DNA from: Candidatus Moraniibacteriota bacterium | GTDB lineage: Bacteria > Patescibacteriota > Minisyncoccia > Moranbacterales > UBA11712 | NCBI GenBank assembly: GCA_043802865.1 | Contig: JAZDKQ010000023.1 | Location: forward strand, 607 to 64,606 | Length of the DNA: 64,000 bases | Reading direction: 5' to 3' | Shown: one piece after another, positions 48,007 to 57,466 of the stretch | Layout of the letters: each line of letters starts with the position of its first letter | How positions within the stretch are numbered: the first letter of the stretch is position 1 | Made by a program: the position numbers and the translations under genes | The notes under the pieces: generated by a model | Databases searched by the model: none | What the model was told of the DNA's origin: nothing | Seen by the model: only the letters and a program-made list of their open reading frames with translations

Positions 48007-49881
48007 CTATTTTCGCAAAACCGCCAAAAAGGCGCTGCTCGGGATTTCAACCCGTCCGAGATTGGTCATCTTTTTCTTTCCTTTTTTCTGCTTTTCAAGC
48101 AATTTTCTCTTGCGGGTGATGTCCCCGCCATACAACTTGGCCGTCACGTCTTTTCGGAAGGCTTTGACTGATTCGCGAGCGAGGATTTTTCCGCCAACGG
48201 CTGCTTGAAGGGCAATCACGAAGTTTTGGCGCGGAATGACATCCTTCAACTTTTCCACGGTGGCTTTGCCATCCGAAAAAACTTTTTCTTCCGGAACTAT
48301 TCTTGAGAAAGCGTCAATCCTGTCGCCCCCAACAAGAATATCGAGTTTCACGAGCTTGTTCGGCCGGTACCCAAGAAACGCATAGTTCATCGAAGCATAT
48401 CCACTCGAAGCGCTTTTCAGCTGGTCATGCAAATTGATGATGACGTCCGTGAGAGGAGATTCAAAGGTGAGGATCAGTCTTTCCGCGTCTATATATTCCG
48501 TGTTCTTGTATTCCGCTCGCGTGCTCCGCATCAGATCCATAATCGAGCCGAGATATTTTGAAGGAGAAATGAGATCGAGTTTCACATAGGGCTCTTCAAT
48601 GGATTCAATGATCGAAGGATCCGGCATTTCAAGGGGAGAATATATTTTAATTTTTTTTACTTTTCCGCCCGAGGCGGATCCGCCTTTGGCGGATATTTCA
48701 TATACCACGCTTGGAGTGGTAATGACTGGGTCTATTTCAAATTCCCTTTTGAGTCTTTCCTGGACAATTTCTATATGAAGGAGTCCTAAAAATCCGCAGC
48801 GAAATCCCCGTCCTAGCGCCAGATTGGCTTCCGGTTCAAACGCGAACGCGGCATCGTTGAGTTTCAATTTTCCCAGCGCGTCTCGCATGAAGTTGTAATC
48901 GTCTCCTTCTTTCGGATAGAAACTGGCATAAACAACCGGCCGGATCTCTTTGTATCCGGGAAGCGCCTGCATTTCGCCTGGGTTTTTTTCCAAAACGATC
49001 GTATCGCCGACGCGGCAGTCTTCGACGGTTTTGAATCCGGTCGCGATGTATCCGATATCGCCCGCGGACAATTCATTTGTTTTTTCCAAATTCGGCTTGA
49101 AATGGCCGACTTCGATCACGGAACTTCCCTGCTTGGTCGCCATAGCGAGAATTTTTTCTTCGGCATGGATCTTTCCGTCGACAATTCGGACATAGGCGAG
49201 AACTCCTCTGTAGGTATCATATTTTGAATCAAAAATGAGAGCGCGAAGAGATTTTTCCTGTTTTCCTTTGGGAGAAGAAATTTTTTCGACGATCGTTTCA
49301 AGAATTTTTTCAACGCCTTCCCCTGTTTTCCCACTGGCCTCGAGAATTTCTTCTTCCTTGCAGCCGAGAAGATGAACGATTTCTTTTTTCGTTTTTTCTA
49401 TCTCGGCGTTCGGAAGATCTATTTTGTTGATCACGGGAATGATTTCCAGCCCCTGTTCGATGGCATAATAGAGATTGGCGACTGTCTGCGCTTGTACGCC
49501 TTTTGACGCGTCCACAAGCAAAACCGCGCCCTCCACAGCGGCCAGGGAGCGAGAAACTTCATATTGAAAGTCCACATGCCCGGGAGTGTCTATGAGATTC
49601 AAGATAAAAAAGTCCGGCTTTGAGGAATTGGAGGCGTCAGCCGACAAGGGAAAAGCCGGACTTTGATTTGAAATCCGAGGACTATAAATCATCCTTACGG
49701 GTTGTAATTTTATAGTAATGCCACGCTCGCGCTCAAGATCCATCGTGTCCAGAAGCTGTTCTTTCATCTTTCGATCTTCGACCGTATGCGTAATCTCAAG
49801 CATCCGATCGGCCAGAGTGGATTTCCCATGATCGATATGCGCGATTATACAAAAATTCCGGATGTTTTGCTGGTTATTCAT
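48007..49881 (-). CDS. lepA: elongation factor 4
   Basis: IRNFCIIAHIDHGKSTLADR, GFRCGFLGLLH, RKDVTAKLYGGD. Confidence 0.98.
   Translation of the reverse strand: MNNQQNIRNFCIIAHIDHGKSTLADRMLEITHTVEDRKMKEQLLDTMDLERERGITIKLQPVRMIYSPRISNQSPAFPLSADASNSSKPDFFILNLIDTPGHVDFQYEVSRSLAAVEGAVLLVDASKGVQAQTVANLYYAIEQGLEIIPVINKIDLPNAEIEKTKKEIVHLLGCKEEEILEASGKTGEGVEKILETIVEKISSPKGKQEKSLRALIFDSKYDTYRGVLAYVRIVDGKIHAEEKILAMATKQGSSVIEVGHFKPNLEKTNELSAGDIGYIATGFKTVEDCRVGDTIVLEKNPGEMQALPGYKEIRPVVYASFYPKEGDDYNFMRDALGKLKLNDAAFAFEPEANLALGRGFRCGFLGLLHIEIVQERLKREFEIDPVITTPSVVYEISAKGGSASGGKVKKIKIYSPLEMPDPSIIESIEEPYVKLDLISPSKYLGSIMDLMRSTRAEYKNTEYIDAERLILTFESPLTDVIINLHDQLKSASSGYASMNYAFLGYRPNKLVKLDILVGGDRIDAFSRIVPEEKVFSDGKATVEKLKDVIPRQNFVIALQAAVGGKILARESVKAFRKDVTAKLYGGDITRKRKLLEKQKKGKKKMTNLGRVEIPSSAFLAVLRK
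48664..48693. mobile_element. 30-bp double-hairpin element, in frame in lepA
   Basis: Encodes SAKGGSASGG on the - strand. Confidence 0.9.
49609..49664. repeat. 13-bp-arm inverted repeat inside the lepA G-domain
   Basis: AAAGTCCGGCTTT..AAAGCCGGACTTT; coincides with extra residues before LNLIDTPGH. Confidence 0.75.
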
Positions 49882-49986
49882 ATTCTTTAATCTACCTCAT
49901 TTTCGTCTTTTTGCAAATAAAAAAGCCGCCTCAATCAATTTCTTGATATATTAGCGGCTAGCATCTTCTGCTGAGTCGTTGGTCGA

Positions 49987-50331
49987 TTATTCGCATGTGA
50001 TGCCCGAAGTGTAGTTTTTAACTCTTTTAATAATGGCGTTTTTATGAAGGTACGCTCTCGATTTAAAGTGTATTGCAACTTCATCTCCCTTTTTTATGCA
50101 CCTCGCAATGCGTCGTTCATCATCCGTGGCCCCTAAACTCACAAGGGTTTCTTTTCCTCCTGATTCGTTAGTGAGTCTTATGATGATTGTAGTTCCGCCT
50201 ATTAAGGGTTGCGTGGTGATCTCAATATCCTCTACAGTCTGTGGCTTGTCCAGATCGTAATTCGTGCCACATCCGAACGCTGGAAGAGTTATGAGAACTA
50301 AAGCAGTGACAATATAAAGAACTCTTTTCAT
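49987..50331 (-). CDS. accessory hypothetical lipoprotein
   Basis: Signal peptide with AFGC lipobox; SD AGGGGG. Confidence 0.7.
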   Translation of the reverse strand: MKRVLYIVTALVLITLPAFGCGTNYDLDKPQTVEDIEITTQPLIGGTTIIIRLTNESGGKETLVSLGATDDERRIARCIKKGDEVAIHFKSRAYLHKNAIIKRVKNYTSGITCE

Positions 50332-50381
50332 TTTTCCAACCCCCTTTTTGTGTGATTTCTAGCGATTTAGCTAGATGTTAA

Positions 50382-50410
50382 ATCATAGTGAAGAAAAAGT
50401 AATACGTCAA
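50382..50410 (-). promoter_or_regulatory. sigma70-like promoter
   Basis: TTGACG-17-TATGAT. Confidence 0.6.
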
Positions 50411-50452
50411 ATAGAATTTACCTAAAATCTATAATATTGCTTTATACAAGTC

Positions 50453-52087
50453 TTATATTCCACTGGCCTCCGTTGGGTCTTCGGGGAGGGGCGGGCGGAG
50501 GCGGAAAATCTGTCCTGAAAATAATTTTTTGAGATAATGGAATTCTTCAAGATCGAAAATGCGTGCGAGGGCGAAATAAGTTGCGAGGCCGAGGCCTCCC
50601 GCGAAAAGCATTTGCCAGAAAACGCCGAGGAATGTGTCGAGATTGATGTATGGGCTGATCAGATATTTCGCGACTTGGGCGACAAGTCCGGCGGCGAGCG
50701 CGGAAACGGAAATTTTGAGGATCACGTAAACTATTTTTTTGTCATCGAGATTCTCAAGCTTGTTGCGGAGAATGAAAACAAGAAGAAACATATTGACGAC
50801 GCTTGCAAGCGAAAACGCCCAGACAAGACCAAGAATTCCATAATAGTGCGAAAGAATCAAAGCGGCTGCCAAATTGAAAACTTCGCTGATGATCCCGGTC
50901 AGAAACGGAACTCTTGTGTTGTGAAGGGCATAGAATGACCGCGCCAGAAGCGGAATCGTGCTTTGGGCAAAAAGGCTCACGGCGAAAATTCCCAGTGCCT
51001 GAAAGGTGAAAATCGTGTCCTGCCAGTCGAAATTCCCCGTACCGAGGATGATGCGCACAATCTGGGCGCGAAGAACGAGGATCAGGATGCTCGCCGGAAT
51101 AATGAAAAACAAAATCTGTCGGAAAGTTTTGGAAAAATTCTGAATGAAAATGTCCCGCTCGTCTCGCGCGGCGTGATGGGAAAGGATCGGAAAAACGGCA
51201 AGAGCGAAAGGAATCGCGAAAATTCCCAGTGGAAAACTCTGAAGATTGTTCGCAAAGTTGAAAATCGCGAGGCTTCCCGCGGTGAGGGTTGAAGCAATGA
51301 TCGTGACGACGAGCAAATTGATCTGCGTGACGGCAAGACCCATCGTGCGCGGAATCATGAGAGTGATCACTTTTCGAAGATTCTTATTTTTGAAATTCAA
51401 ATGCGGAAAATATTTTAGTCCGATCATTTTCACATTCGGATATTGAATTGCCATGTGAAGAAACGCGCCAATAACCACTCCCCAAGCAAGGCCCGCGATT
51501 CCAAACGGCTTTACCAAGAAAACCGCGCCGAAAATTATGCCGAGATTATACATGATCGGCGCGAGAGAATAGATCAAAAATCGTTTGAAGGAGTTCAGTA
51601 TACCGCCGAAAATGCCGCTGATGCCAAGAAAAATCGGGCTCAAAAACATGATCCGGGTGAGAGTCACGACTCCCTGCATTTTTTCCCCCGAAAACCCGGG
51701 AGTGATTATTTTCATGAGTTGCGGCGCAAAAATTGCAAGTATTCCGGCCAAAACGATCAAAAACAAGAGTGCTGTCGTGAGAAAAACATTCACGAGCTCC
51801 CATGCTTCGCTCTTTTCATCTTTTGCAATGAGGCCGGTAAAAACAGGAATGAACGCGGCGCTCAAAGCTCCGAGAATGAGGAGGTTATAGATCAAATCCG
51901 GCACGCGAAACGCGGCATAATATATATCGAGCGTGTCCCCCGCTCCGAAATGTGAAGCAAGGATGCGGTCGCGCAGAAGCCCCAAAACACGGCTCATGAT
52001 CCCAGCCATCGCGATCACAAACGCCGCCGAAGCCACGGAGCTCGACGGAGTTGAATTAATGAATTTTTGGTGAAGAGATTTTATCAT
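50453..52087 (-). CDS. murJ: lipid II flippase MurJ
   Basis: SRVLGLLRD, AFRVPD, GALSAAFIPVF, RSFYA. Confidence 0.95.
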   Translation of the reverse strand: MIKSLHQKFINSTPSSSVASAAFVIAMAGIMSRVLGLLRDRILASHFGAGDTLDIYYAAFRVPDLIYNLLILGALSAAFIPVFTGLIAKDEKSEAWELVNVFLTTALLFLIVLAGILAIFAPQLMKIITPGFSGEKMQGVVTLTRIMFLSPIFLGISGIFGGILNSFKRFLIYSLAPIMYNLGIIFGAVFLVKPFGIAGLAWGVVIGAFLHMAIQYPNVKMIGLKYFPHLNFKNKNLRKVITLMIPRTMGLAVTQINLLVVTIIASTLTAGSLAIFNFANNLQSFPLGIFAIPFALAVFPILSHHAARDERDIFIQNFSKTFRQILFFIIPASILILVLRAQIVRIILGTGNFDWQDTIFTFQALGIFAVSLFAQSTIPLLARSFYALHNTRVPFLTGIISEVFNLAAALILSHYYGILGLVWAFSLASVVNMFLLVFILRNKLENLDDKKIVYVILKISVSALAAGLVAQVAKYLISPYINLDTFLGVFWQMLFAGGLGLATYFALARIFDLEEFHYLKKLFSGQIFRLRPPLPEDPTEASGI

Positions 52088-54604
52088 CTATTTTTCTACT
52101 GCCAGTCCCACAAACTTGTCCGTATTCAAAACAGTTTCCATTTTGAGTGAGTTGTCATTTTGTTTCGCGTTGTCCGGCCAGCGCCAGATTGTTTTCAGAT
52201 TGTCCGGCAAATTCACCTCAGAAAAAAGTTTGCTACCAACGCTTCCAGATTGTTTTTGATAGAGGACGGAAAAAGAATCAGCGGGATGTTGCAGTGAATC
52301 GAAACTCAATTTGAAAGGTAGCGCGTATTTGTATGTGATCGTTGTTGATTCGCCCGGACTGACGTATACCCAGTTCGCAAAAACGGTTTTGTTGTTTTCG
52401 TCATATATTTTCGTTCCTGATTCTTCGTCGATTCGGGCGGAATCGTCTTCGGCCTGGACTTGAGGATCTTTTTTGAATCCAAGTGATTGATAGTCGAGCG
52501 CCGGCGGTACGAATTCACGTGTTTGGCCGGAAACTTCAAGAAGTTTCGCGCCATCGGGAACATATACTCGCATCCAGTCTCCATTCACCTTGTTCCACCA
52601 GTCATAATTCTCATTGCCTCCGTTATGTTTGCGCGTTATGGAAACCGTGTCAACAATACTCCCATCAGATGCAATTTCGCTTTTGTGATCAATTGTTTCG
52701 TCGATCACACCGTCGGTCTTGAAGCCATTGATATTGGTGTTGATCACCGACAAAAAATCTTTGTCAGTATTCAAAATTTCTCCCGACCATTTTTGGTCAG
52801 AGATCAATTTTTGAATATTGAAGTTTCTTGAATAAAGAAGCAGATGTTTTTCCGAGAGGGCGGTGTTGAAAGCCTTGAGCGTTTTGAGCACCGAGACAAG
52901 TCCTTTTTCGCTCATCACTTTGTCAAGAATTTTCGGCGTGAGGTCGGCGACGAATTTCTTCGGCTGATTCAATTCTTTGTCATAATCAAGTTCGACTTCC
53001 TGCTGGGTTTCCTCAATGAAGTTGTCTGCGTCGATAGTTTTGTTGTATTCCGGCATATCGATCGGTCCGGTGATTGCAAGAAGGTCGCGAAGTAGTTCAG
53101 GAGTGATCGCGATCACTCCGTCCACGGTCGGTCCTCCTGTTTTTTCATAGAACCAGGAAACTTTTTCGGCCGAAGTTGGAAAATTCGGGAACCAGTTGGC
53201 GTCATGCATGGTCCAAACGGCGCTCATTTTCTGGATCGGAGCGGGTGGGATGACGCGGGCTTTGAGCTGGCCGTCCGGATTGTATATATCGTCCACGAAA
53301 AGTTTCTTCACCCGACCGTTCCCGATGTCAAGAATCCCATAGCTTCCGATGAAACCGCCCGTTGCCCGCATTTCCTGATTGTTTTCAAAGAGAAACAAAT
53401 ATTTTCGCGGACCGTTGTATCCGAGAACATCAAGGAATATCTGGGAATAGTCAAGAAAATTTTTGAGGCTCTCATTGACAAGAGGCAATTTGCTCTTAAG
53501 CTGGGCAAATTGTTCCCGCATTTCAAGAGGCAGATCATCAATATTGACTTTGTCGAGGTCATCTTGGGCCACCGAAAGTTCTCCGCTTGATTTTTGGATC
53601 CCGTCTCGTAAATTCAAAAATAGGTCCGTGAGTGAAGGCTGATCGGCTTGATTTGCACCGTCAAGAGGATTGCCAATCAAATTGAGCGATTTTGCCGATT
53701 CGGCGAGACTTTTTCCGGCCAGCGAAAAATGCTCTCCGGCGGAAACGACATAGTTGGCGCTTGCAATTTTGGAAATTCCGGGCACAAAACGCAAAATCTC
53801 GCTGAAATTGCCTCCAATATGCGCGATATCACTATTGGCATCGGAAAGAATTTGATAAGACTCGGAAAAATCAACCGCGGCCTTATCAAACTGGCTGTTT
53901 GAAAGATTGTCCTTTGCTTCGGCAAATTGTCCGAGAGCTCTTTCGCCTGTTGCGACAAGTTTTTTTTTCATATCAAGTGCTTTTTGGACATAGGAAAGAG
54001 CGGGAATTGAAAAAGAGAATAGAAGCAGAATGCAGGCAAACGAAACTGCATAACTGAAACTCGGAACCGAAGAAAAATCTTGCGAAAAAATATTTTTTTG
54101 AATTTTCAATTTGCTTAAATTTGGAATAAGCTTTCCGGAAAGTTTTTTGATCGACTCGATTTGCTTTTTCAGTGATAATTTTCTGGATCTTTTTTTGAAT
54201 ATTACTTTTTTCGGCTCAGGCTTGGTTATCCTTTCCGAAAAAGTTTCTAGTTTTGGCTGATATAGTTCGTCAGAAATATTAAAATATTTATTGAACAACT
54301 CTGGTTTTTTTGGCTGAAAATTGATTTCCTCTTGCAGAGACGCAAAATCTTGCTTCTCAACTGCGTTTTCGCCCGTAGAAACGCGATTAATCGCGTCTCT
54401 ACTTTCGCAAACAATTTTTGGCCCAACGACATCAGCCATGCGCAAACCATGCCTATTTGCTGAAATATTTTTTTTGTATATTTTTTTGTCCGGAAGAGTG
54501 ACCATTCGCCTCAATTTTTTTATTTTCGCCAAATTCAAAGAACCGTCCGAATTTACCGGCTTCACATCGAACATCTGGGGCAGAATGTTTTTTCGTTTTG
54601 ACAT
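52088..54604 (-). CDS. DUF4012 domain protein
   Basis: YLFLFENNQEMRATGGFIGS, DANW.P.FP.SA, VDGVIAI, K.D, RVYVP, KQSG. Confidence 0.88.
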   Translation of the reverse strand: MSKRKNILPQMFDVKPVNSDGSLNLAKIKKLRRMVTLPDKKIYKKNISANRHGLRMADVVGPKIVCESRDAINRVSTGENAVEKQDFASLQEEINFQPKKPELFNKYFNISDELYQPKLETFSERITKPEPKKVIFKKRSRKLSLKKQIESIKKLSGKLIPNLSKLKIQKNIFSQDFSSVPSFSYAVSFACILLLFSFSIPALSYVQKALDMKKKLVATGERALGQFAEAKDNLSNSQFDKAAVDFSESYQILSDANSDIAHIGGNFSEILRFVPGISKIASANYVVSAGEHFSLAGKSLAESAKSLNLIGNPLDGANQADQPSLTDLFLNLRDGIQKSSGELSVAQDDLDKVNIDDLPLEMREQFAQLKSKLPLVNESLKNFLDYSQIFLDVLGYNGPRKYLFLFENNQEMRATGGFIGSYGILDIGNGRVKKLFVDDIYNPDGQLKARVIPPAPIQKMSAVWTMHDANWFPNFPTSAEKVSWFYEKTGGPTVDGVIAITPELLRDLLAITGPIDMPEYNKTIDADNFIEETQQEVELDYDKELNQPKKFVADLTPKILDKVMSEKGLVSVLKTLKAFNTALSEKHLLLYSRNFNIQKLISDQKWSGEILNTDKDFLSVINTNINGFKTDGVIDETIDHKSEIASDGSIVDTVSITRKHNGGNENYDWWNKVNGDWMRVYVPDGAKLLEVSGQTREFVPPALDYQSLGFKKDPQVQAEDDSARIDEESGTKIYDENNKTVFANWVYVSPGESTTITYKYALPFKLSFDSLQHPADSFSVLYQKQSGSVGSKLFSEVNLPDNLKTIWRWPDNAKQNDNSLKMETVLNTDKFVGLAVEK
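54334..54402. repeat. tandem pair of REP-like palindromes in frame in the DUF4012 N-terminus
   Basis: GCAGAGACGCAAAATCTTGCTTCTCAAC (54334-61) and GTAGAAACGCGATTAATCGCGTCTCTAC (54375-402). Confidence 0.85.
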
Positions 54605-54606
54605 TT

Positions 54607-55758
54607 TTATCCGCAACTTTTATATATTTCAAGCGTTTCTTTCGCCATTTTTTTCCAGCTGTATTTTTGAATTTGTTTTTTCCCGGCTTCAATCAATTTT
54701 TTTCGCAAATCATTGTCCGTCAAAACTTTTTCAATCACTTCGGAAGCTTCAGAAACACCTCGCGGATCAAAGAAAAGGGCGGCATTCCCCAATATTTCCG
54801 GCAGACAGGACGCATTGGAACTTGCGACTGGAATATTTCTTGCCATCGCTTCAAGCGGCGGGAGACCGAATCCCTCATAAAGCGAAGGAAAAACATACAG
54901 CCTTGCTTCGCGATATATTGTTGGCAGATGATCTTCATCTATATGGTCGGGAAAAACAACGTTTGAAACTTCATTGTCCGCCACGAATTTTTTCAGCCGT
55001 TTGTAAAAATAATCTTCCTTTCCCGCGAGAACCAAGCTCAAACCGGGATGCTTTTTGGCAACTCCCTTGAAAGCCGAAATGAGCCGTTCGAGATTTTTGT
55101 GCGGGTAGGCATTTCCGACATACAAAATGTACGGTCTCATTATACCATACTTTTTGAGAACAGTTTCCGAATTTTCCAGCAGTGGTTTTTCAATCGTGTC
55201 CACCCCCTCATAGGTGACGATAATTTTTTTCGAATCTATATCGAAATTTTCCAGTATATCTTTTTTCGTGTGCTCCGAAACGGCGATTATTTTTTCCGAT
55301 TTCTTGATGGCTCGGTTGATCACTCGATGATACGCTTTTTTCTTGAAAAAATATGCCGGAGCCGACAAAGTTGACGCCTTACGGGTGGAATATCGAAAAA
55401 GAATAAGGTCGTGAATCGTGACGATGAATTTTCCTTTGTATGAAACAGGAACATTGAAGTGGGGAAAATGGACAAGATCAAGTCCGCAGCTCGCAAAGAT
55501 TTTCGGCATTTGGATCTGTTCCCGCAGTGTGTACCAAGGGACATCCGCCAAAACTTTCGTGAAATGTTTGCTTTGAGGCTGGTATTCATCCCAATTTTCT
55601 TTTCGGAGAAATATAAAAAACTGGTAGGAATTGTCCCAGCCGGAGGCTGGTCCGTCTTGGGCGGAGATATTTTCCAGATTTTCTATCAGTTTTTGAGTAT
55701 ACCGCCCGAGTCCCTTTCCTATCGACCCGAAAAAGCGGGCATCGATTCCAATGCGCAT
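54607..55758 (-). CDS. GT4 glycosyltransferase
   Basis: RIGIDAR, TIHDL, GNAYPHKN, PSLYEGFGLPPLEAMA. Confidence 0.95.
   Translation of the reverse strand: MRIGIDARFFGSIGKGLGRYTQKLIENLENISAQDGPASGWDNSYQFFIFLRKENWDEYQPQSKHFTKVLADVPWYTLREQIQMPKIFASCGLDLVHFPHFNVPVSYKGKFIVTIHDLILFRYSTRKASTLSAPAYFFKKKAYHRVINRAIKKSEKIIAVSEHTKKDILENFDIDSKKIIVTYEGVDTIEKPLLENSETVLKKYGIMRPYILYVGNAYPHKNLERLISAFKGVAKKHPGLSLVLAGKEDYFYKRLKKFVADNEVSNVVFPDHIDEDHLPTIYREARLYVFPSLYEGFGLPPLEAMARNIPVASSNASCLPEILGNAALFFDPRGVSEASEVIEKVLTDNDLRKKLIEAGKKQIQKYSWKKMAKETLEIYKSCG
55636..55665. mobile_element. 30-bp double-hairpin element, in frame in GT4
   Basis: Encodes SAQDGPASGW on the - strand. Confidence 0.85.
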
Positions 55759-56852
55759 TTTCTCCAGCTGAATTTTTGAGATTGTGTCAGTCCCCTTTCT
55801 TTTATTTTAGCATACAACTTTTCATCAGTCAGAACAGTTCTCATCGCCATGGCAAGTTCGTCCGGTCGGTTTGGATCAATCAGAATCGCAGCTTTCCCGG
55901 CGACTTCGGGAATTGAAGAATTGTTCGAGGCGATCACCGGAGCTCCGCAGGCCATCGCTTCAAGAATCGGCAGGCCAAAACCTTCAAAAAAAGAGGGATA
56001 GATGAAAAGCGAAGCGAGATTGTATACATATGGCCGGTCCTCCCTTTCGATGTAGCCGCATGTTTTCAGATTTTCTTTCTCGACCATTTCGCGGCAAAGC
56101 GGGCTGATGTTTCCCGCCAAAACCAGTTTGAATTTGCCAAGTTCCGGATTTTTTGAAATAAAAATTTTGTAGGCGGAAGCGATCGATGAGATATTTTTTC
56201 TTGGCTCTATATTTCCCAAATAGAGAACAAATTTGTAGGGCAAGTCATATTTTTTTTGGATTTCAAGAAGTTTCGGGTCATTTCTGTCAATAATTTTGAA
56301 ACTGTCGCTGATTCCGTGGTGAACAACGTCGATCTTTTCGGGATCTGTTTTATAGATTGTTTCCAGATCTTTTTTCGTTGATTCCGAAACGGCAATCAAT
56401 TTTTCGGCTGATCGAGCTATTCTCCGGGGATTCACGAAATATTCATGCCACAATCTGGTTTTGAAGGGAAAGAAGTTGGGATATCTCTCAAAAGAAAGGT
56501 CGTGAAATGTGGCAACGAGACGGCATTTTTTGCTCACGGAGAGAAAATTTATGTTCGGGGCGAAAAAAACATCCGCGCCTCCGATCATTTTATCGATTTT
56601 CGGCCAATTGAGATACCAGAAACAAAAATTGAGGATCCTATTCGGGAAAGAAAATCTCTTCATTTTCGCGTGCGGGTATTTTTTGATCCACTCGAAATTT
56701 CGGTTGGCTCTTTGCTTGAAAGAATTTGAAAAAACAATATATTCGTTTTTCGTGTCTGCCTCCAAAAGATTTCTCAAAAGCTTCAGGGCGTATTCCCCCA
56801 CTCCGGATATTTTTTCCTCCTCAAGACATCTGGCATCGAATCCGATTTTCAT
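55719..56852 (-). CDS. GT4 glycosyltransferase
   Basis: GNIEPRKN, PSFFEGFGLPILEAMACG. Confidence 0.93.
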   Translation of the reverse strand: MKIGFDARCLEEEKISGVGEYALKLLRNLLEADTKNEYIVFSNSFKQRANRNFEWIKKYPHAKMKRFSFPNRILNFCFWYLNWPKIDKMIGGADVFFAPNINFLSVSKKCRLVATFHDLSFERYPNFFPFKTRLWHEYFVNPRRIARSAEKLIAVSESTKKDLETIYKTDPEKIDVVHHGISDSFKIIDRNDPKLLEIQKKYDLPYKFVLYLGNIEPRKNISSIASAYKIFISKNPELGKFKLVLAGNISPLCREMVEKENLKTCGYIEREDRPYVYNLASLFIYPSFFEGFGLPILEAMACGAPVIASNNSSIPEVAGKAAILIDPNRPDELAMAMRTVLTDEKLYAKIKERGLTQSQKFSWRKCALESMPAFSGR

Positions 56853-57464
56853 TTATTCTTCCGAAATATAATGTTTTCCGAATGCGAGCAGTGTTCCAAG
56901 AAACAATCCGGCAAGCATTGCAATTCCCAAATTGACCCGCAAATCCTGCGTATCTTTTAAAATGATCAGATCACTCGCGTTGATCTGAAACCAATTTGGA
57001 TCGCGGGCATCGGTGTTGAGGGCTTTTGTTTTTTCGGAAACAACAGAAGAGATAGCCGGAGCAATTTTGCCCGATTCTTCGCTCGCTTCAGTGGAATATC
57101 GCACGCTGACGAGATTTGAAGACAATTTTTCTGCCTGGAAACTTTTTGAAAGATTGCGCATCGTCTTTTGGTCGCTACTCACACCCGCCTTGTCAAAAAT
57201 ACTCTTTGCCGTGCCCGGGGATTTCAGCCATTCAACAACTGTTTCAGAGAACTTATCATCCGCTTGCAAGCGATAAAATTGGTCATAGCGATAGTCGGCG
57301 GTTGATTGCGTTTCGGTCTGGCCTATATTCAAAAGAAGAGAGGCGGAATATGTTTGCGACTGCCTCACTGACCAGGCATAGACGGCAACAACGGCGATAA
57401 TCACTGTATAAATCACGACGGAGATGTTTAGTTTCAAGATTTTGTAGTATTCTTTTAGTTCCAT
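56853..57464 (-). CDS. Wzz/CapA-like chain-length determinant
   Basis: MELKEY..IL, two terminal TMs, N...A...GL.LG. Confidence 0.75.
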   Translation of the reverse strand: MELKEYYKILKLNISVVIYTVIIAVVAVYAWSVRQSQTYSASLLLNIGQTETQSTADYRYDQFYRLQADDKFSETVVEWLKSPGTAKSIFDKAGVSSDQKTMRNLSKSFQAEKLSSNLVSVRYSTEASEESGKIAPAISSVVSEKTKALNTDARDPNWFQINASDLIILKDTQDLRVNLGIAMLAGLFLGTLLAFGKHYISEE

Positions 57465-57466
57465 AA

